Part shown: one piece after another, positions 38,582 to 48,420 of the stretch | Layout: every line of letters starts with the position of its first letter | How positions within the stretch are numbered: position 1 is the stretch's first letter | DNA from: Bacillota bacterium | GTDB lineage: Bacteria > Bacillota > Clostridia > Christensenellales > SZUA-584 | Length of the DNA stretch: 64,000 bases | Reading direction: 5' to 3' | NCBI GenBank assembly: GCA_023410475.1 | Contig: JAEYPS010000025.1 | Coordinates: 47,946-111,945 of the forward strand | Program-made: the position numbers and the translations under genes | Notes under the pieces: generated by a model | The model's database searches: none | Seen by the model: the letters and a program-made list of their open reading frames with translations, nothing else | Told to the model about the DNA's origin: nothing

Positions 38582-39085
38582 TTAGAGCTGCGGTGTTTTT
38601 ACAGACAGGTTTTTATATGTGCAGAAACGGAACTTCACGGATTCATACTCTTCGGGCGAGGACTGCTCTATCAGCTCCCAGCCGCTTGCGGTATCGAGGT
38701 TTGGAAAATGCCTGTCGGCTTCAAGTGTTACATGTATCTTTGTGACGCAGGCATATGAACAATAATCGAGCAGCTGCCTGTACACGGATTCGCCGCCGAT
38801 AACAAACTGCGAATCCCATGTTGTATTATATGTATTTTTAAACAGCTCTGATAAAGAGCTGTAAACTGTAACATCATGTGTACCGATAATCGGGCGCGTT
38901 GTCAATACAATATTTTTTCTGTCCTTGAGGGGGCTGCCTATTGAGCAAAACGTTGAGCGCCCCATGATAACGGTCTTTCCAATGGTGGTGTTTTTAAAAA
39001 AACGCATATCAGCAGGTATTCTCATCAACAGCTTGTTATCTTTGCCTATCCCCCAGTTTTCATCGACCGCAACAATAAGATTCAT
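38582..39085 (-). CDS. folA: Dihydrofolate reductase
   Basis: MNLIVAVDENWGIGKDNKLLMRIPADMRFFKNTT ... VIMGRSTF. GGAG lies 6 nt upstream of the ATG at 39085. Confidence 0.9.
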   Translation of the reverse strand: MNLIVAVDENWGIGKDNKLLMRIPADMRFFKNTTIGKTVIMGRSTFCSIGSPLKDRKNIVLTTRPIIGTHDVTVYSSLSELFKNTYNTTWDSQFVIGGESVYRQLLDYCSYACVTKIHVTLEADRHFPNLDTASGWELIEQSSPEEYESVKFRFCTYKNLSVKTPQL

Positions 39086-39099
39086 GTTCTTCTCCATAT

Positions 39100-39930
39100 T
39101 TAAACAGCTACCGGTATTTTTTCATCCAGTACGTTGAACTCATAGTTTTCGAGGCTGAAGCTTTGCTTTGTAAACTTATAAAAGTCTGTAACGCCTTTGT
39201 CTATTATGAAATTGGGCGCGGAATACACGTCGTTTTTCATTATTCTGTCGACTATGGGAATATGCCTGTCATAAATATGCGCGTCGGCTATTACATGTAC
39301 GAGTTCGCCGGCTACAAGGCCGCTCACCTGCGCGAACATATGCATAAGCACGGCGTACTGGCATACATTCCAATTGTTCGCTACAAGCATGTCCTGTGAG
39401 CGCTGATTGAGTATGCCGTTTAGTTTATCCCCCGAAACGTTAAGTGTGAGGCTGTACGCGCAAGGATAAAGATTCATTTCATTAAGATCGGCATGTACGT
39501 ACATGTTGGATATTATCCTTCTGCTGCCCGGGTTGTGCTTTAAGTCGTATAAAATTCGGTCTACCTGATCGAACGATCCTTCTTTGTATTCGTGCTTGAC
39601 GCCCAGCTGATAACCGTACGCCTTGCCTATGCTTCCGTCTTTATCCGCCCAAGAGTCCCAAATACGGCTGCCAAGGCTGTTTATATTGTTGGATTTTAAC
39701 TGCCATATCCACAAAAGCTCGTCTATGGCGCTGAAAAACATCGTTTTGCGCAGCGTAAGAATGGGAAACTCTTTCGACAGATCGTATCTGTTTACTATAC
39801 CGAATTTTTTAACGGTATGAGCGGGGCTCGCGTCTTCCCATCTAGGCCTCACATAGAGCTCGGTATCCCAAAAACCGTTATTCAGTATATCGCTGCAATT
39901 ATCGATGAATACCTTGTCGGCATAGCTCAT
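39100..39930 (-). CDS. thyA: Thymidylate synthase (ThyA, Bacillus ThyA-like form)
   Basis: ELLWIWQLKSNN, a catalytic Cys segment (MNLYPCAYS), and LNQRSQD. The likely start is the ATG at 39930 (MSYADK). Confidence 0.9.
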   Translation of the reverse strand: MSYADKVFIDNCSDILNNGFWDTELYVRPRWEDASPAHTVKKFGIVNRYDLSKEFPILTLRKTMFFSAIDELLWIWQLKSNNINSLGSRIWDSWADKDGSIGKAYGYQLGVKHEYKEGSFDQVDRILYDLKHNPGSRRIISNMYVHADLNEMNLYPCAYSLTLNVSGDKLNGILNQRSQDMLVANNWNVCQYAVLMHMFAQVSGLVAGELVHVIADAHIYDRHIPIVDRIMKNDVYSAPNFIIDKGVTDFYKFTKQSFSLENYEFNVLDEKIPVAV

Positions 39931-40195
39931 GCGTCTACACACCCCTTAACAAAGATCAGTAATTATGTACCATGATATTGTATCATAAATGCTCTGCGAT
40001 AAAAACATCAAAACAGACCAATATTACAATATAGCTGAGCGCCGCGGGCATCTCGAACTTCACAATCAATTTCGGCAGTGCTGCATGTTTTTATTACCCC
40101 CAAAAAGCAGCGAAAAGGCTGTTCAGTGCTCTAAATATCAGGTGGATCATGCATTTGCAGCTGTAACGTTATTGATGTATAATTTCACATAATAC

Positions 40196-40786
40196 ATGAA
40201 TAAAGGCAGGATGCAGGAGCGAAGGCTGCGACAGGCGCGGACAGGCTGGCTGAATATCGACCATGAAAGGATTAGTGGCAACATGACCGAAAACGAGCGC
40301 AATATTCTTAGAAACGAGAGAATGAGCCAGATAAGGATAGCTCTGAGTCAACGGGCGGGCATAGCAAAGGCAGTCGTTAAACAATTCGGGGAACAGGGTT
40401 TCGAGACAATAAAAAGAGAAGTTGGCAGGGACATCAGGCAGTGGGTGGAATCTGTAGTGAGGGATCACGAATCAAGAGGGATAAAGAACGATATTGAAGG
40501 CCTCCATATGTTTTTGTGGGAACAGAACAGGGATGAAAATATCGAATTTACATATCAGGACGATAAGAAAAGCGGCATAAGGGTCTATACGGTCACGCGC
40601 TGCCCTATCGCGGAATATGCCTGCGATAACGGAATCGAGGAATGGGGCCGGTTTTTCTTCTGCGACCAATACGAGCTTATCGCTAAAACCTATAACCCCG
40701 GTATAACGTTCATATGCCATGAAAGAATGATGGACGGGAAAGCATGCTGCTCATTCTCGTACAAGCTGCCGCAATCCAAGGAATAG
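40196..40786 (+). CDS. L-2-amino-thiazoline-4-carboxylic acid hydrolase-family protein (function uncertain)
   Basis: A Cys-rich C-terminal half (RCPIAEYACDNGIEEWGRFFFCDQYELIAKTY ... GKACCSFSY) resembles the ATC_hydrolase family, from memory. The start may be the ATG at 40283. Confidence 0.5.
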   Translation: MNKGRMQERRLRQARTGWLNIDHERISGNMTENERNILRNERMSQIRIALSQRAGIAKAVVKQFGEQGFETIKREVGRDIRQWVESVVRDHESRGIKNDIEGLHMFLWEQNRDENIEFTYQDDKKSGIRVYTVTRCPIAEYACDNGIEEWGRFFFCDQYELIAKTYNPGITFICHERMMDGKACCSFSYKLPQSKE

Positions 40787-40921
40787 GCCCCGCCGAGTGA
40801 GCATGTACTGTGATTGAATATACCATTCTGTGCCCCCTATGTTAAGGGTAAGGCTTGCAAAAGCACAAACTCATTTATGCGCTCTATTTAAAATAATCAC
40901 AAACGCACAGCGATAAAAGCA

Positions 40922-42259
40922 TTATAACAGACCGGATATTACAATATAGCTAAGCACCGCGGGCAGCACGAATTTGACGATAAGCGACCACGGCCTTCCG
41001 AGAGAAAACGGGTTCCCCTTTTTTTGTATCTCCGCTATAGCTGATTTTGGTTTCCATACCCACCCTAAAAACAGCGCCGTTAAAAGGCCGCTCAAAGGAA
41101 GAAGCAGTTTTGAGGACAGCGCATCCATCATGTCGATAACGGACAAGCCCAGTATTTTTACATCCTCGAGCAAGCCCATTGATAGTGCGGATGGTATTCC
41201 GAGCGCGAAAATTATAGCCCCTGTTATAATGGCGGCTTTCTTTGTTCCCCATTCAAACGACTCGGTAAAGTATGCAACCACCACCTGAAGCAGGGATATT
41301 CCTGACGTCAGAGCCGCTATTACAAGCAGCGCGAAAAAAAGTGTTCCGAAGATGTTGCCGAGCGGAAGAGCGCCAAACACCAAAGGCAGCGTAACGAAGA
41401 TAAGCGGTATTCCAAGATCCGGCTCTACGCCGTACGCAAATACGGCGGGAATAATTATCAATGCCGAGAGTACCGCGATCCCCACGTCGGCTGCGGCGAT
41501 TATGACGCTGTTGGAGGGTATCTTTTCTTCCTCGCCAAGATAGCTGCCGTATGTGATAATAGTCCCCATCCCGAGGCTAAGGCTGAAAAACACCTGCCCC
41601 AGCGCGCCCAGCACTGTGCTGAGGCTGATCCGGCTCCAGTCGGGCTCAATAAACCACACTATGCCTTCCAGAGAGCCTTCTAGCGTCACACTCCTTATAA
41701 CGAGCGCTATAAGCAGCGCGAACAATATGGGCATCAGTATCTTGCTCGCTTTCTCGATTCCCTTATGGATGCCGAGTATCACTACAAACACTACCAGAGC
41801 TAGAAAAACACCATGCCATATCAGCGGTATATAAGGGTGAGATACCAGCGCTTCAAACGCGTTGGACGCGCCTGCCAAGCCGGGGCTCGCCATCCCCCCC
41901 GTCGCAAATTTAAACATGTACGCTATAGCCCAGCCTGAGATGACAGAATAGAATGATAAAACCACGAACCCGATAGTTACACCCAGCGTTCCTATTATCC
42001 ACCACTTGCCCTGCGGACTGATTTTCTTGAATGCGGTTACTATGTTGCTTTTTCCTCGTCGCCCGATAGCCAGCTCGCCGATTATAAGCGGGATGCCTAT
42101 CACAAATACTATAAGCAGGTAAACAATAAGAAAAGCGCCGCCACCGCTTTGTCCTACTATCGTGGGGAATCTCCATATATTTCCGAGCCCTACGGCGCTG
42201 CCCACGGCCGCGAGTATGAATCCCGCTCTTGAGCCCCATTTTTCCCTGTTTTTTTGCAT
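40922..42259 (-). CDS. Sodium-dependent neurotransmitter:sodium symporter (NSS/SNF) family transporter
   Basis: 445 aa with the GFILAAVGSAVGLGNIWRFP signature and about 11-12 TM segments. Confidence 0.9.
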   Translation of the reverse strand: MQKNREKWGSRAGFILAAVGSAVGLGNIWRFPTIVGQSGGGAFLIVYLLIVFVIGIPLIIGELAIGRRGKSNIVTAFKKISPQGKWWIIGTLGVTIGFVVLSFYSVISGWAIAYMFKFATGGMASPGLAGASNAFEALVSHPYIPLIWHGVFLALVVFVVILGIHKGIEKASKILMPILFALLIALVIRSVTLEGSLEGIVWFIEPDWSRISLSTVLGALGQVFFSLSLGMGTIITYGSYLGEEEKIPSNSVIIAAADVGIAVLSALIIIPAVFAYGVEPDLGIPLIFVTLPLVFGALPLGNIFGTLFFALLVIAALTSGISLLQVVVAYFTESFEWGTKKAAIITGAIIFALGIPSALSMGLLEDVKILGLSVIDMMDALSSKLLLPLSGLLTALFLGWVWKPKSAIAEIQKKGNPFSLGRPWSLIVKFVLPAVLSYIVISGLL

Positions 42260-42383
42260 GCTGCCCGACCTGAAACTTTTTAAATTAAATCAATTTTAGG
42301 TTAGTCTTTGTTTATTGGCCGTAAATATGTGTTTAGCGCGCGGATATAAAAGAGTAAGTGTTGTCGCTGAGTCTCCTGAAACT

Positions 42384-43904
42384 TTACCAACAAAAAAACG
42401 CCCGCTTTTTTGGGGCGTTTTTTGTTGGTACAGCTAAGTCAACCAAATCCGAACCCGCCCCTTTGCTATTAAACGCATCCTCCACCTCGTCAAGCGAAAT
42501 GGTTTTTGTACTCTCTTTATAGTTATATATCAGCACCAATCTGTCATCATACAAATATACGGCATTAACGAAACAATCAATAAGTCGTTGTTGAAAATCT
42601 GGATCTGTCACATCTCCTTTTTTAAATGTACTGATCCAAAAAACAATCTGATCTTTTGTCAGCATCGGTTTTTGAAGCTGCTCTTGCATGATACTGATTT
42701 CAAGTTCCTCTTTAGTCTTCTCCAATTCCTCAAGTCGTTCTTTTGTTGAAGATGTGAGCACCCCCTGCTGTATGGCATTAAGCATATTATTTACACTTTT
42801 CTCCACTTCTCTTAATTGAGCTCGGAGCATGGGCAGAAACGTATTCTCTTTCTTTTGCAACTCCAAGATTGCATCAGCCGTCCGATCAATCACATCATCC
42901 GATAAAGCAATATCCATGGTTTTCTTAACAACAAGCTGTTCTATCCAATCTTTCCTAACCGTTTTCTTGTTGCAAGTTTTCTCACGCTTCGCATGAGCGC
43001 ATTTATAATATGAGTGCAGATTCCCCCACCTACTGGTTCCACTTTCACCAACCATGAATGCTCCGCACTTCCCACAATATAGCTTAGTAGTAAGCAAGTA
43101 ATTTTCCTTCGCTTTCTTCCTTCCCGGTGCTTTGATATTCTTCTTTAATCTCTCTTGTACGCGGTCAAACAAATCTTGTGAAATAATCCGCGGAATCCCA
43201 TCAGGAATTATAACTTCTCGAAATCTATATTCGCCAATATAGCGCCTGTTATGAAGCATCTTTGAAAAACTATTTTTATTAAACGGATTGCCAATGGATG
43301 ATTTTATTCCCCTTGAATTAAAATCGTTAATAATCTCTGTGACGGTTTCGCCATCTGCATAGCGAGTGAATACCTCTAATACGATTGGAGCGGTATTCGG
43401 ATCAATTTGATACTTCTGCTCGCTGTCCGCTATATAGCCTAATGGCATTCGGCTCCCGTTTGTACGACATTTTAACGCATTTTCTGTCATGCCACGAAGT
43501 ACTTTTTGAGCAAGCTCAGCCGAATAATATTCCGCGAAACCCTCTAGCATAGTTTCTAGGATAATGCCCTCCGGCCCATCGGAAATGTTCTCCTTAGCAG
43601 ATATAACTTTAACGCCATTTTTACGAAGCGTATTTTTATAATGTGCCGAATCATAGCGGTTACGCGCAAATCTATCCAGTTTCCACACAATCACCACGTC
43701 AAACAAATGCTTGCCGCTATCCTTTATCATTCTTTGAAACTCGGGGCGGTTATCAGTTTTAGCGGAGTAGGCTCGGTCAATATATGTTCCGAAAATGGTT
43801 ATTCCCTGCTTGTCGGCATATTCCTGACACTCGCGAAGTTGGCCTTCAATGGACTCTTCGCGCTGGTTATCAGAAGAATATCTTGCATATATCACACCGT
43901 TCAT
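42384..43904 (-). CDS. Large serine recombinase (TnpX/CcrB-like)
   Basis: 506 aa. The resolvase catalytic N-terminus is VIYARYSSDNQ ... DVVIVWKLDRFARN. It is followed by a recombinase domain, Cys-rich zinc-ribbon segments (CGKCG ... YYKC) and a coiled coil. Confidence 0.9.
   Translation of the reverse strand: MNGVIYARYSSDNQREESIEGQLRECQEYADKQGITIFGTYIDRAYSAKTDNRPEFQRMIKDSGKHLFDVVIVWKLDRFARNRYDSAHYKNTLRKNGVKVISAKENISDGPEGIILETMLEGFAEYYSAELAQKVLRGMTENALKCRTNGSRMPLGYIADSEQKYQIDPNTAPIVLEVFTRYADGETVTEIINDFNSRGIKSSIGNPFNKNSFSKMLHNRRYIGEYRFREVIIPDGIPRIISQDLFDRVQERLKKNIKAPGRKKAKENYLLTTKLYCGKCGAFMVGESGTSRWGNLHSYYKCAHAKREKTCNKKTVRKDWIEQLVVKKTMDIALSDDVIDRTADAILELQKKENTFLPMLRAQLREVEKSVNNMLNAIQQGVLTSSTKERLEELEKTKEELEISIMQEQLQKPMLTKDQIVFWISTFKKGDVTDPDFQQRLIDCFVNAVYLYDDRLVLIYNYKESTKTISLDEVEDAFNSKGAGSDLVDLAVPTKNAPKKRAFFCW
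42386..42428. terminator. Long hairpin overlapping the last codons of the recombinase gene
   Basis: CCAACAAAAAAACGCCC 42386-42402 / GGGCGTTTTTTGTTGG 42413-42428, with one bulged A. The A and T runs make it a bidirectional terminator. Confidence 0.7.
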
Positions 43905-44278
43905 TTCTTTTCCTCCTCAACCAACTCGACCAACATTTCCTTTAGCTTTTTGTTCATAGGCGAGCCTTCCTCAAAGCAAGCTCTCACGAATTCACTCCAG
44001 TTTGCCTTCTCTGCAATTTGTTCTTTTACCTTTTCCGGCTGGTACTCAAAATACTTCCCAAAGGGGTTATTGGTACGGCAAAACAGATAATCCAAAGATA
44101 CATTGAAAGTATCGGCGTACCAGAGCAATACAGTATATGGAGCTTGTGAAAGCTCATGTTCATAACGATTAACAGTCGATTGAGTTACGCCCAGACTTAC
44201 GGCAAGGCTGTTTTGAGTAATGTTGGCTTCCTCTCGCAACTTTTTAAGCCGCATGCCTATTGTCAATTCTTTATCCAT
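43901..44278 (-). CDS. XRE-family helix-turn-helix regulator
   Basis: 125 aa with IGMRLKKLREEANITQNSLAVSLGVTQSTVNRYE. There is an ATGA overlap with the recombinase gene. Confidence 0.85.
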   Translation of the reverse strand: MDKELTIGMRLKKLREEANITQNSLAVSLGVTQSTVNRYEHELSQAPYTVLLWYADTFNVSLDYLFCRTNNPFGKYFEYQPEKVKEQIAEKANWSEFVRACFEEGSPMNKKLKEMLVELVEEEKK

Positions 44279-44452
44279 TTGATAAATCCTCCAAAGGTCT
44301 TAATTTCAGTATAATATTCATACCCTTATTATGCAAGTCTTTTATTAAATACCGTGAAATGTTATTCAAAGATATGATTTAAGTTGGAACAATACAGCTC
44401 ATGTTTTGACGTATTATATTTGAGATGATAATATCATATAAAGGAGCTGCCA

Positions 44453-45328
44453 ATGCGAATACAAATACTCTATCCCCAGCAAAACCAAATTAAGATTATT
44501 GATCTTCCCAATTTTGAATATATGCCTCTCTTTTATCTTTTTCCCAAAGAACTGCTCAAATCAGAATGCCCCAGCCTAATGGACATGCCCCGAAGTGCAC
44601 ACGGAATATTCACGCAGCAAGAATGGTTTACGGTATTGGCAAGCGATTTCTTCTTGCAGACGGTTTGTGATCTGACTGCATATTATATCTGGCCATCCTT
44701 TGGCATTACGACATACATGGAGTGTTTTTCGGGGAATGACCCAATCTGGCTGCTTGCTCATTCGCTTCCCATATGGCAAAGAGCGTTTGAACGTATGAGT
44801 GGTATCACCCCGCAAAGTCTCGCCAATGCATCAAAGAAAGAATATGATTGGATAGAGCAAGAGGAGTTTCAAGACCTCATGATACAAGTTGGGGTTCACG
44901 GGATTATGGACAACAATCTGTTGCCCTGTATCCAAGCCATACGTGAAATGCGTTGCTTTGAGGATTATGATAATCGGAACAGCAATGCAAAGATAGATTT
45001 TTACCGAAGGTGGTATCATACCCGCTCCAAGATCAGTACGGTATCCCTTGAGCAATTAACAGACAATGAAATTGGAAACGGTTTACACAGCAGTTTGACA
45101 TCTCAATATGAAGATTCAATCTGCTCGAAAATAGGTATTCAGAAGTTCTACCAACACCTAGAACCGCTTGACCGCGAGATACTTGATCTTCGTATAAAAG
45201 GATACACTTATCAAGAGATTGCCAAAAGGACAGGCTATAAGACGCACAGCGGCGTTTTAAAACGGATTAGTAGAATCGCTGAACTATATATTGACTATGC
45301 TGCTGAGCCGCAGGATTTGAAAGCATAA
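44453..45328 (+). CDS. Sigma-70 region-4-type HTH protein typical of clostridial mobile elements
   Basis: 291 aa. The C-terminal LDREILDLRIKGYTYQEIAKRTGYKTHSGVLKRISRI is a region-4/LuxR-like HTH. The N-terminal two-thirds are unrecognised. Confidence 0.6.
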   Translation: MRIQILYPQQNQIKIIDLPNFEYMPLFYLFPKELLKSECPSLMDMPRSAHGIFTQQEWFTVLASDFFLQTVCDLTAYYIWPSFGITTYMECFSGNDPIWLLAHSLPIWQRAFERMSGITPQSLANASKKEYDWIEQEEFQDLMIQVGVHGIMDNNLLPCIQAIREMRCFEDYDNRNSNAKIDFYRRWYHTRSKISTVSLEQLTDNEIGNGLHSSLTSQYEDSICSKIGIQKFYQHLEPLDREILDLRIKGYTYQEIAKRTGYKTHSGVLKRISRIAELYIDYAAEPQDLKA

Positions 45329-45354
45329 CCACACGATTAATAATCACTTGGAAT

Positions 45355-45385
45355 AACGCTTCCTTTTGCAGGAGGCGTTTTTTTG
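45355..45385 (+). terminator. Terminator after the sigma-like gene
   Basis: AACGCTTCC / GGAGGCGTT (one G:U pair) followed by T6. Confidence 0.7.
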
Positions 45386-45477
45386 TACCTAAATTATCAA
45401 GCGAGGTGATGTTGGAAATGTGAATATAATCAAAGGTACTTTATAAAATCACTGTATTTTAGAAAGCGAGGTTAAAC

Positions 45478-46365
45478 ATGAACGTACTAAAGATTGGGAT
45501 TGATAACGGAAACTACAACACAAAATCCTCAGAGCGGATGCTCTATGCATCCGGCTTTACGATGAGCGAAAAGGAGTTCATCACAGACGATATGCAGCTT
45601 TTCTATGAAGGCAAATATTATGCTGTCGGCGGCAAGCGTATGAGCTTTCAGCAAGACAAGACTCAAGAGGATGACGCATTTATCCTGTCCTTGCCTGCTA
45701 TCGCGGATGCAATGAAGCAAGCGGATATCACCTCCGCCGAGATGTTTCTCGGCGTGGGACTGCCCATAGATATTTACGGCGCACAAAAAGAGACTTTCCG
45801 TAAATACTTCCTGCGCGGCAGTATCAACTTTGACTTTGAAGGAATTCCGTATTGTTGCCGCATCATGGACTGCAAGGTGTTCGCTCAAGGCCATGCTGCG
45901 CTCTGTAAATACTATCAGCAGTTGAAGGGGTACACCAATATCACGCTGATTGATATTGGCGGGTATACGGTGGATATCCTCACACTTCACGAATTCAAAG
46001 TTGACCGTGGAAGCTGCGCCAGCCTGCGCATGGGCACCATAACGCTGTTCAATGCCATTCGGGAAGAGTTGCAGCAGGAAAATATCATTCTTTCTGATAC
46101 GCTGATTACCGACGCAATGCAAGGACGTTTACAGCATGCGGATCAGGACAGAATCCAGCTCATTGTTGAGCGACGTATGCGACTTTATATTAGGGAGTTG
46201 CTCAACGCGCTTCGTGAACGCGGACTTGATCTGAAGCTGCCGGTAGCCTTTGCCGGCGGCGGCGCGGAGTTGTTTGGCAGGCGGTTGTACTCCGGTGAAG
46301 TGAACACGATTACTATCCTTGACCGTTTCGCAAACGCCGAAGGGTACAAGCTGTTGCTGGGATGA
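45478..46365 (+). CDS. parM: ParM/StbA-family actin-like segregation ATPase
   Basis: 295 aa with the N-terminal phosphate-1 motif IGIDNGNYNTK, plus LIDIGGYTVD and AGGGA segments. Confidence 0.8.
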   Translation: MNVLKIGIDNGNYNTKSSERMLYASGFTMSEKEFITDDMQLFYEGKYYAVGGKRMSFQQDKTQEDDAFILSLPAIADAMKQADITSAEMFLGVGLPIDIYGAQKETFRKYFLRGSINFDFEGIPYCCRIMDCKVFAQGHAALCKYYQQLKGYTNITLIDIGGYTVDILTLHEFKVDRGSCASLRMGTITLFNAIREELQQENIILSDTLITDAMQGRLQHADQDRIQLIVERRMRLYIRELLNALRERGLDLKLPVAFAGGGAELFGRRLYSGEVNTITILDRFANAEGYKLLLG

Positions 46366-46368
46366 GTT

Positions 46369-46662
46369 ATGCGTGAGAGACGGTATCTGACGTTTGATAT
46401 GAATAATCCGCGTCATATGGAAGCACTTAAAGTGTTTACGGAACAGCCGGATAAAGGGCGAAGCGATTTTGTGATTGACTGTATTCTAAAAGCGCAGCAG
46501 GAAAACAAGTTAACAGAATTAATACGGCAAACCATAACGGAAGCGCTGGCGGGGATATCGCTGAGGCCTTTGGTTCATTCGGACACTTCATCGGAGTTAC
46601 ACGCGACAAAGAACATATCAGAGTTGCCGGAAGCTTTAATATGCTCGATGGATGAGATTTAA
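46369..46662 (+). CDS. Small ribbon-helix-helix-like protein in the ParR (adaptor) position
   Basis: 97 aa, starting 3 nt after parM. The N-terminus RRYLTFDMNNPRHMEALKVF ... RSDFVIDCIL has a strand-helix-helix pattern. The assignment rests on position and pattern only. Confidence 0.45.
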   Translation: MRERRYLTFDMNNPRHMEALKVFTEQPDKGRSDFVIDCILKAQQENKLTELIRQTITEALAGISLRPLVHSDTSSELHATKNISELPEALICSMDEI

Positions 46663-46700
46663 ACCATGATGGTTCAAAAACGACGATGATTGACGGATAC

Positions 46701-46764
46701 ATGCACCATAACGGTGCATTATGTTTGCTTTAAGCAAACATTCCGCTGTACGGGCTTTGCCCGT
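46701..46764 (+). other. Candidate oriT: three adjacent inverted repeats upstream of the relaxase gene
   Basis: IR1 is ATGCACC-ATAAC-GGTGCAT (46701-46719). IR2 is ATGTTTGCTT-T-AAGCAAACAT (46721-46741). IR3 is ACGGGC-TTT-GCCCGT (46750-46764). Confidence 0.5.
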
Positions 46765-46914
46765 GAAATGCGGTTGAGAACGCGTCGGCGTCCGAAACCG
46801 CTAAGCCTCGCAGAGCCCACATGGCATCTTTCAGCTCGTCTGAAAGTGTCATAGTGGGTAAAACACTTCCTTCGGAAGTGTCCGTCCCCCAAGCAGCGAT
46901 TATGAAAGGAAGTG

Positions 46915-48142
46915 ATGTTGTATTTCGAAGGTTGATCGCACCGTTGTCAGAAACAAAGCGTATCCACGTAACAACTTCTCTATTCGCGAGCGTCATAACG
47001 AACGCAAAAACGAAATCTATTTAAATCCCGACATTGTACAGGATAGAAGCCATCTCAATATTCGCTTTAAAGGCTGCGACAGTACTTATACTCAAGCGTT
47101 TGACCGATTGCTTGAGGAAGGAACAATCAGTACACGCGGGTTAAAGCCGGATGCGGATGTATTTGCAGAAATGGTGTTTGACGTCAACACATCATATTTT
47201 GAACAACATGGCGGCTATGAATATGCAAAGGATTTCTTTGCTGAGGCGTACAAGATGGCTGTTCAGGAAGTGGGTGGAGAGCTGTATATCCTTTCGGCTG
47301 TCATGCACGCTGATGAACGCAACAAAAGTCTCTCGGAGGAATTGAATCGCGATGTCTTCCACTATCATCTGCACGTCGTGTACATCCCCGTTGTTGAAAA
47401 GGAAATCCGATGGTCAAAAAGATGCAAGGACAAGGCTCTGGTTGGTACAGTTAAGGAAGTGATCCATCAGGTCAGCCATTCTAAGAAGTGGGCATCCGTG
47501 AAGGCATTGGATGAAAACGGCGAACCCATACGAGCCGAGAATGGCAAAGCTATTCTGATTCCATCCTATTCACTCCTGCAAGACAGATTCTTTGAACACA
47601 TGAAAAATGCCGGGTTCAAGGATTTTGAGCGCGGTGTTCGCGGAAGCACGACACAGCACTTGTCTGTTCTCGATTACAAGATACAACAGGATGCCGAAAA
47701 GCTCACTCGCATTGAGAAACAAGTGGAAGACCAGCAGAAGGAACTTGTTTCGATATCTGAACAATTAGTTGTCGAGCATAAGGCCAGCAAGACATTTCAC
47801 GAGTTAGATGAACTGGGCCGGAAAAAGATGTTCGGCAAAGTGGAATTAACAGAACAGGATTACAAGGAGGTGATATCACTCGCAAAGGAGGGCGTTCTTT
47901 CCCGTAGTAAAATAGCTGATTTGACACGACAGCTGAGTCAGGTTTCATCGAGATTATTTAACTGGCAGCTTAGCTGGCAAGAGCTTGACGAACAGACAAA
48001 AGAGTTTCGGCAGGCTATGAAATTAGCGCCGCAACGTGTAAAGGAGGTCATTTCAGACATTTTCTTAAAAGACCGAGAAGAACGCGAAGCACGACGCCAT
48101 ATGCGTCGCAATAGCAGAAAACGCGATGAGCGCGAAAGATGA
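46915..48142 (+). pseudogene. MobV (Mob/Pre) family relaxase, reading frame broken near the N-terminus
   Basis: The main frame is open from 46916 and encodes VVRNKAYPRNNFSIRERHNERKNE ... DRSHLN (motif I) and VMHADE ... HYHLHVVYIP (motif III). It has no ATG/GTG/TTG before the TTG at 47108. A start with an SD (AAAGGAAGTG-ATG at 46915, MLYFEG) lies in another frame and stops at 46933-46935. Confidence 0.7.
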
Positions 48143-48201
48143 ACATTGACAATTGAATATGGAGGTAGTTATTTATATGCAGCAGAAAAGGAGCGGGCAT
48201 C

Positions 48202-48384
48202 ATGTCCGCTGACAAGGTCAAATCCGATATCCCTGATGAGGTTATAGAATCTCTAGCCCGGTGTATTTTACCATCGATACGAGCATATTTCGAAAGCGAG
48301 GAAGGGCAGAAGGAGTATGCGGAATGGATAGAGAAAAGGAAAAAGGATCAGGCTGCAGTAGCGGCAAATGTAATATCTGATTAG
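48202..48384 (+). CDS. Small acidic hypothetical protein
   Basis: 60 aa with AAGGAG upstream and a terminator hairpin downstream. Confidence 0.5.
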   Translation: MSADKVKSDIPDEVIESLARCILPSIRAYFESEEGQKEYAEWIEKRKKDQAAVAANVISD

Positions 48385-48390
48385 CAATAA

Positions 48391-48420
48391 CGGGAGAGCT
48401 TTTCTGCTCTCCCGTATTTA
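48391..48420 (+). terminator. Hairpin terminator
   Basis: CGGGAGAGC 48391-48399 / GCTCTCCCG 48406-48414, followed by TATTTA. Confidence 0.6.

Noticed and set aside
38582-39930. thyA-folA considered as a trimethoprim-resistance cassette.
   Set aside because: The DHFR sequence shows only generic family motifs. No integron, transposase or att features flank the pair. AT-richness alone does not support a resistance call.
42269-42385. An 11-bp direct repeat CCTGAAACTTT at 42269-42279 and 42375-42385 near the left end of the element, considered as a possible att core.
   Set aside because: Both copies lie on the same side of the recombinase gene within 120 bp. I found no matching copy near the right end (57319-57413). 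A single 11-bp match in AT-rich intergenic DNA cannot be separated from chance.
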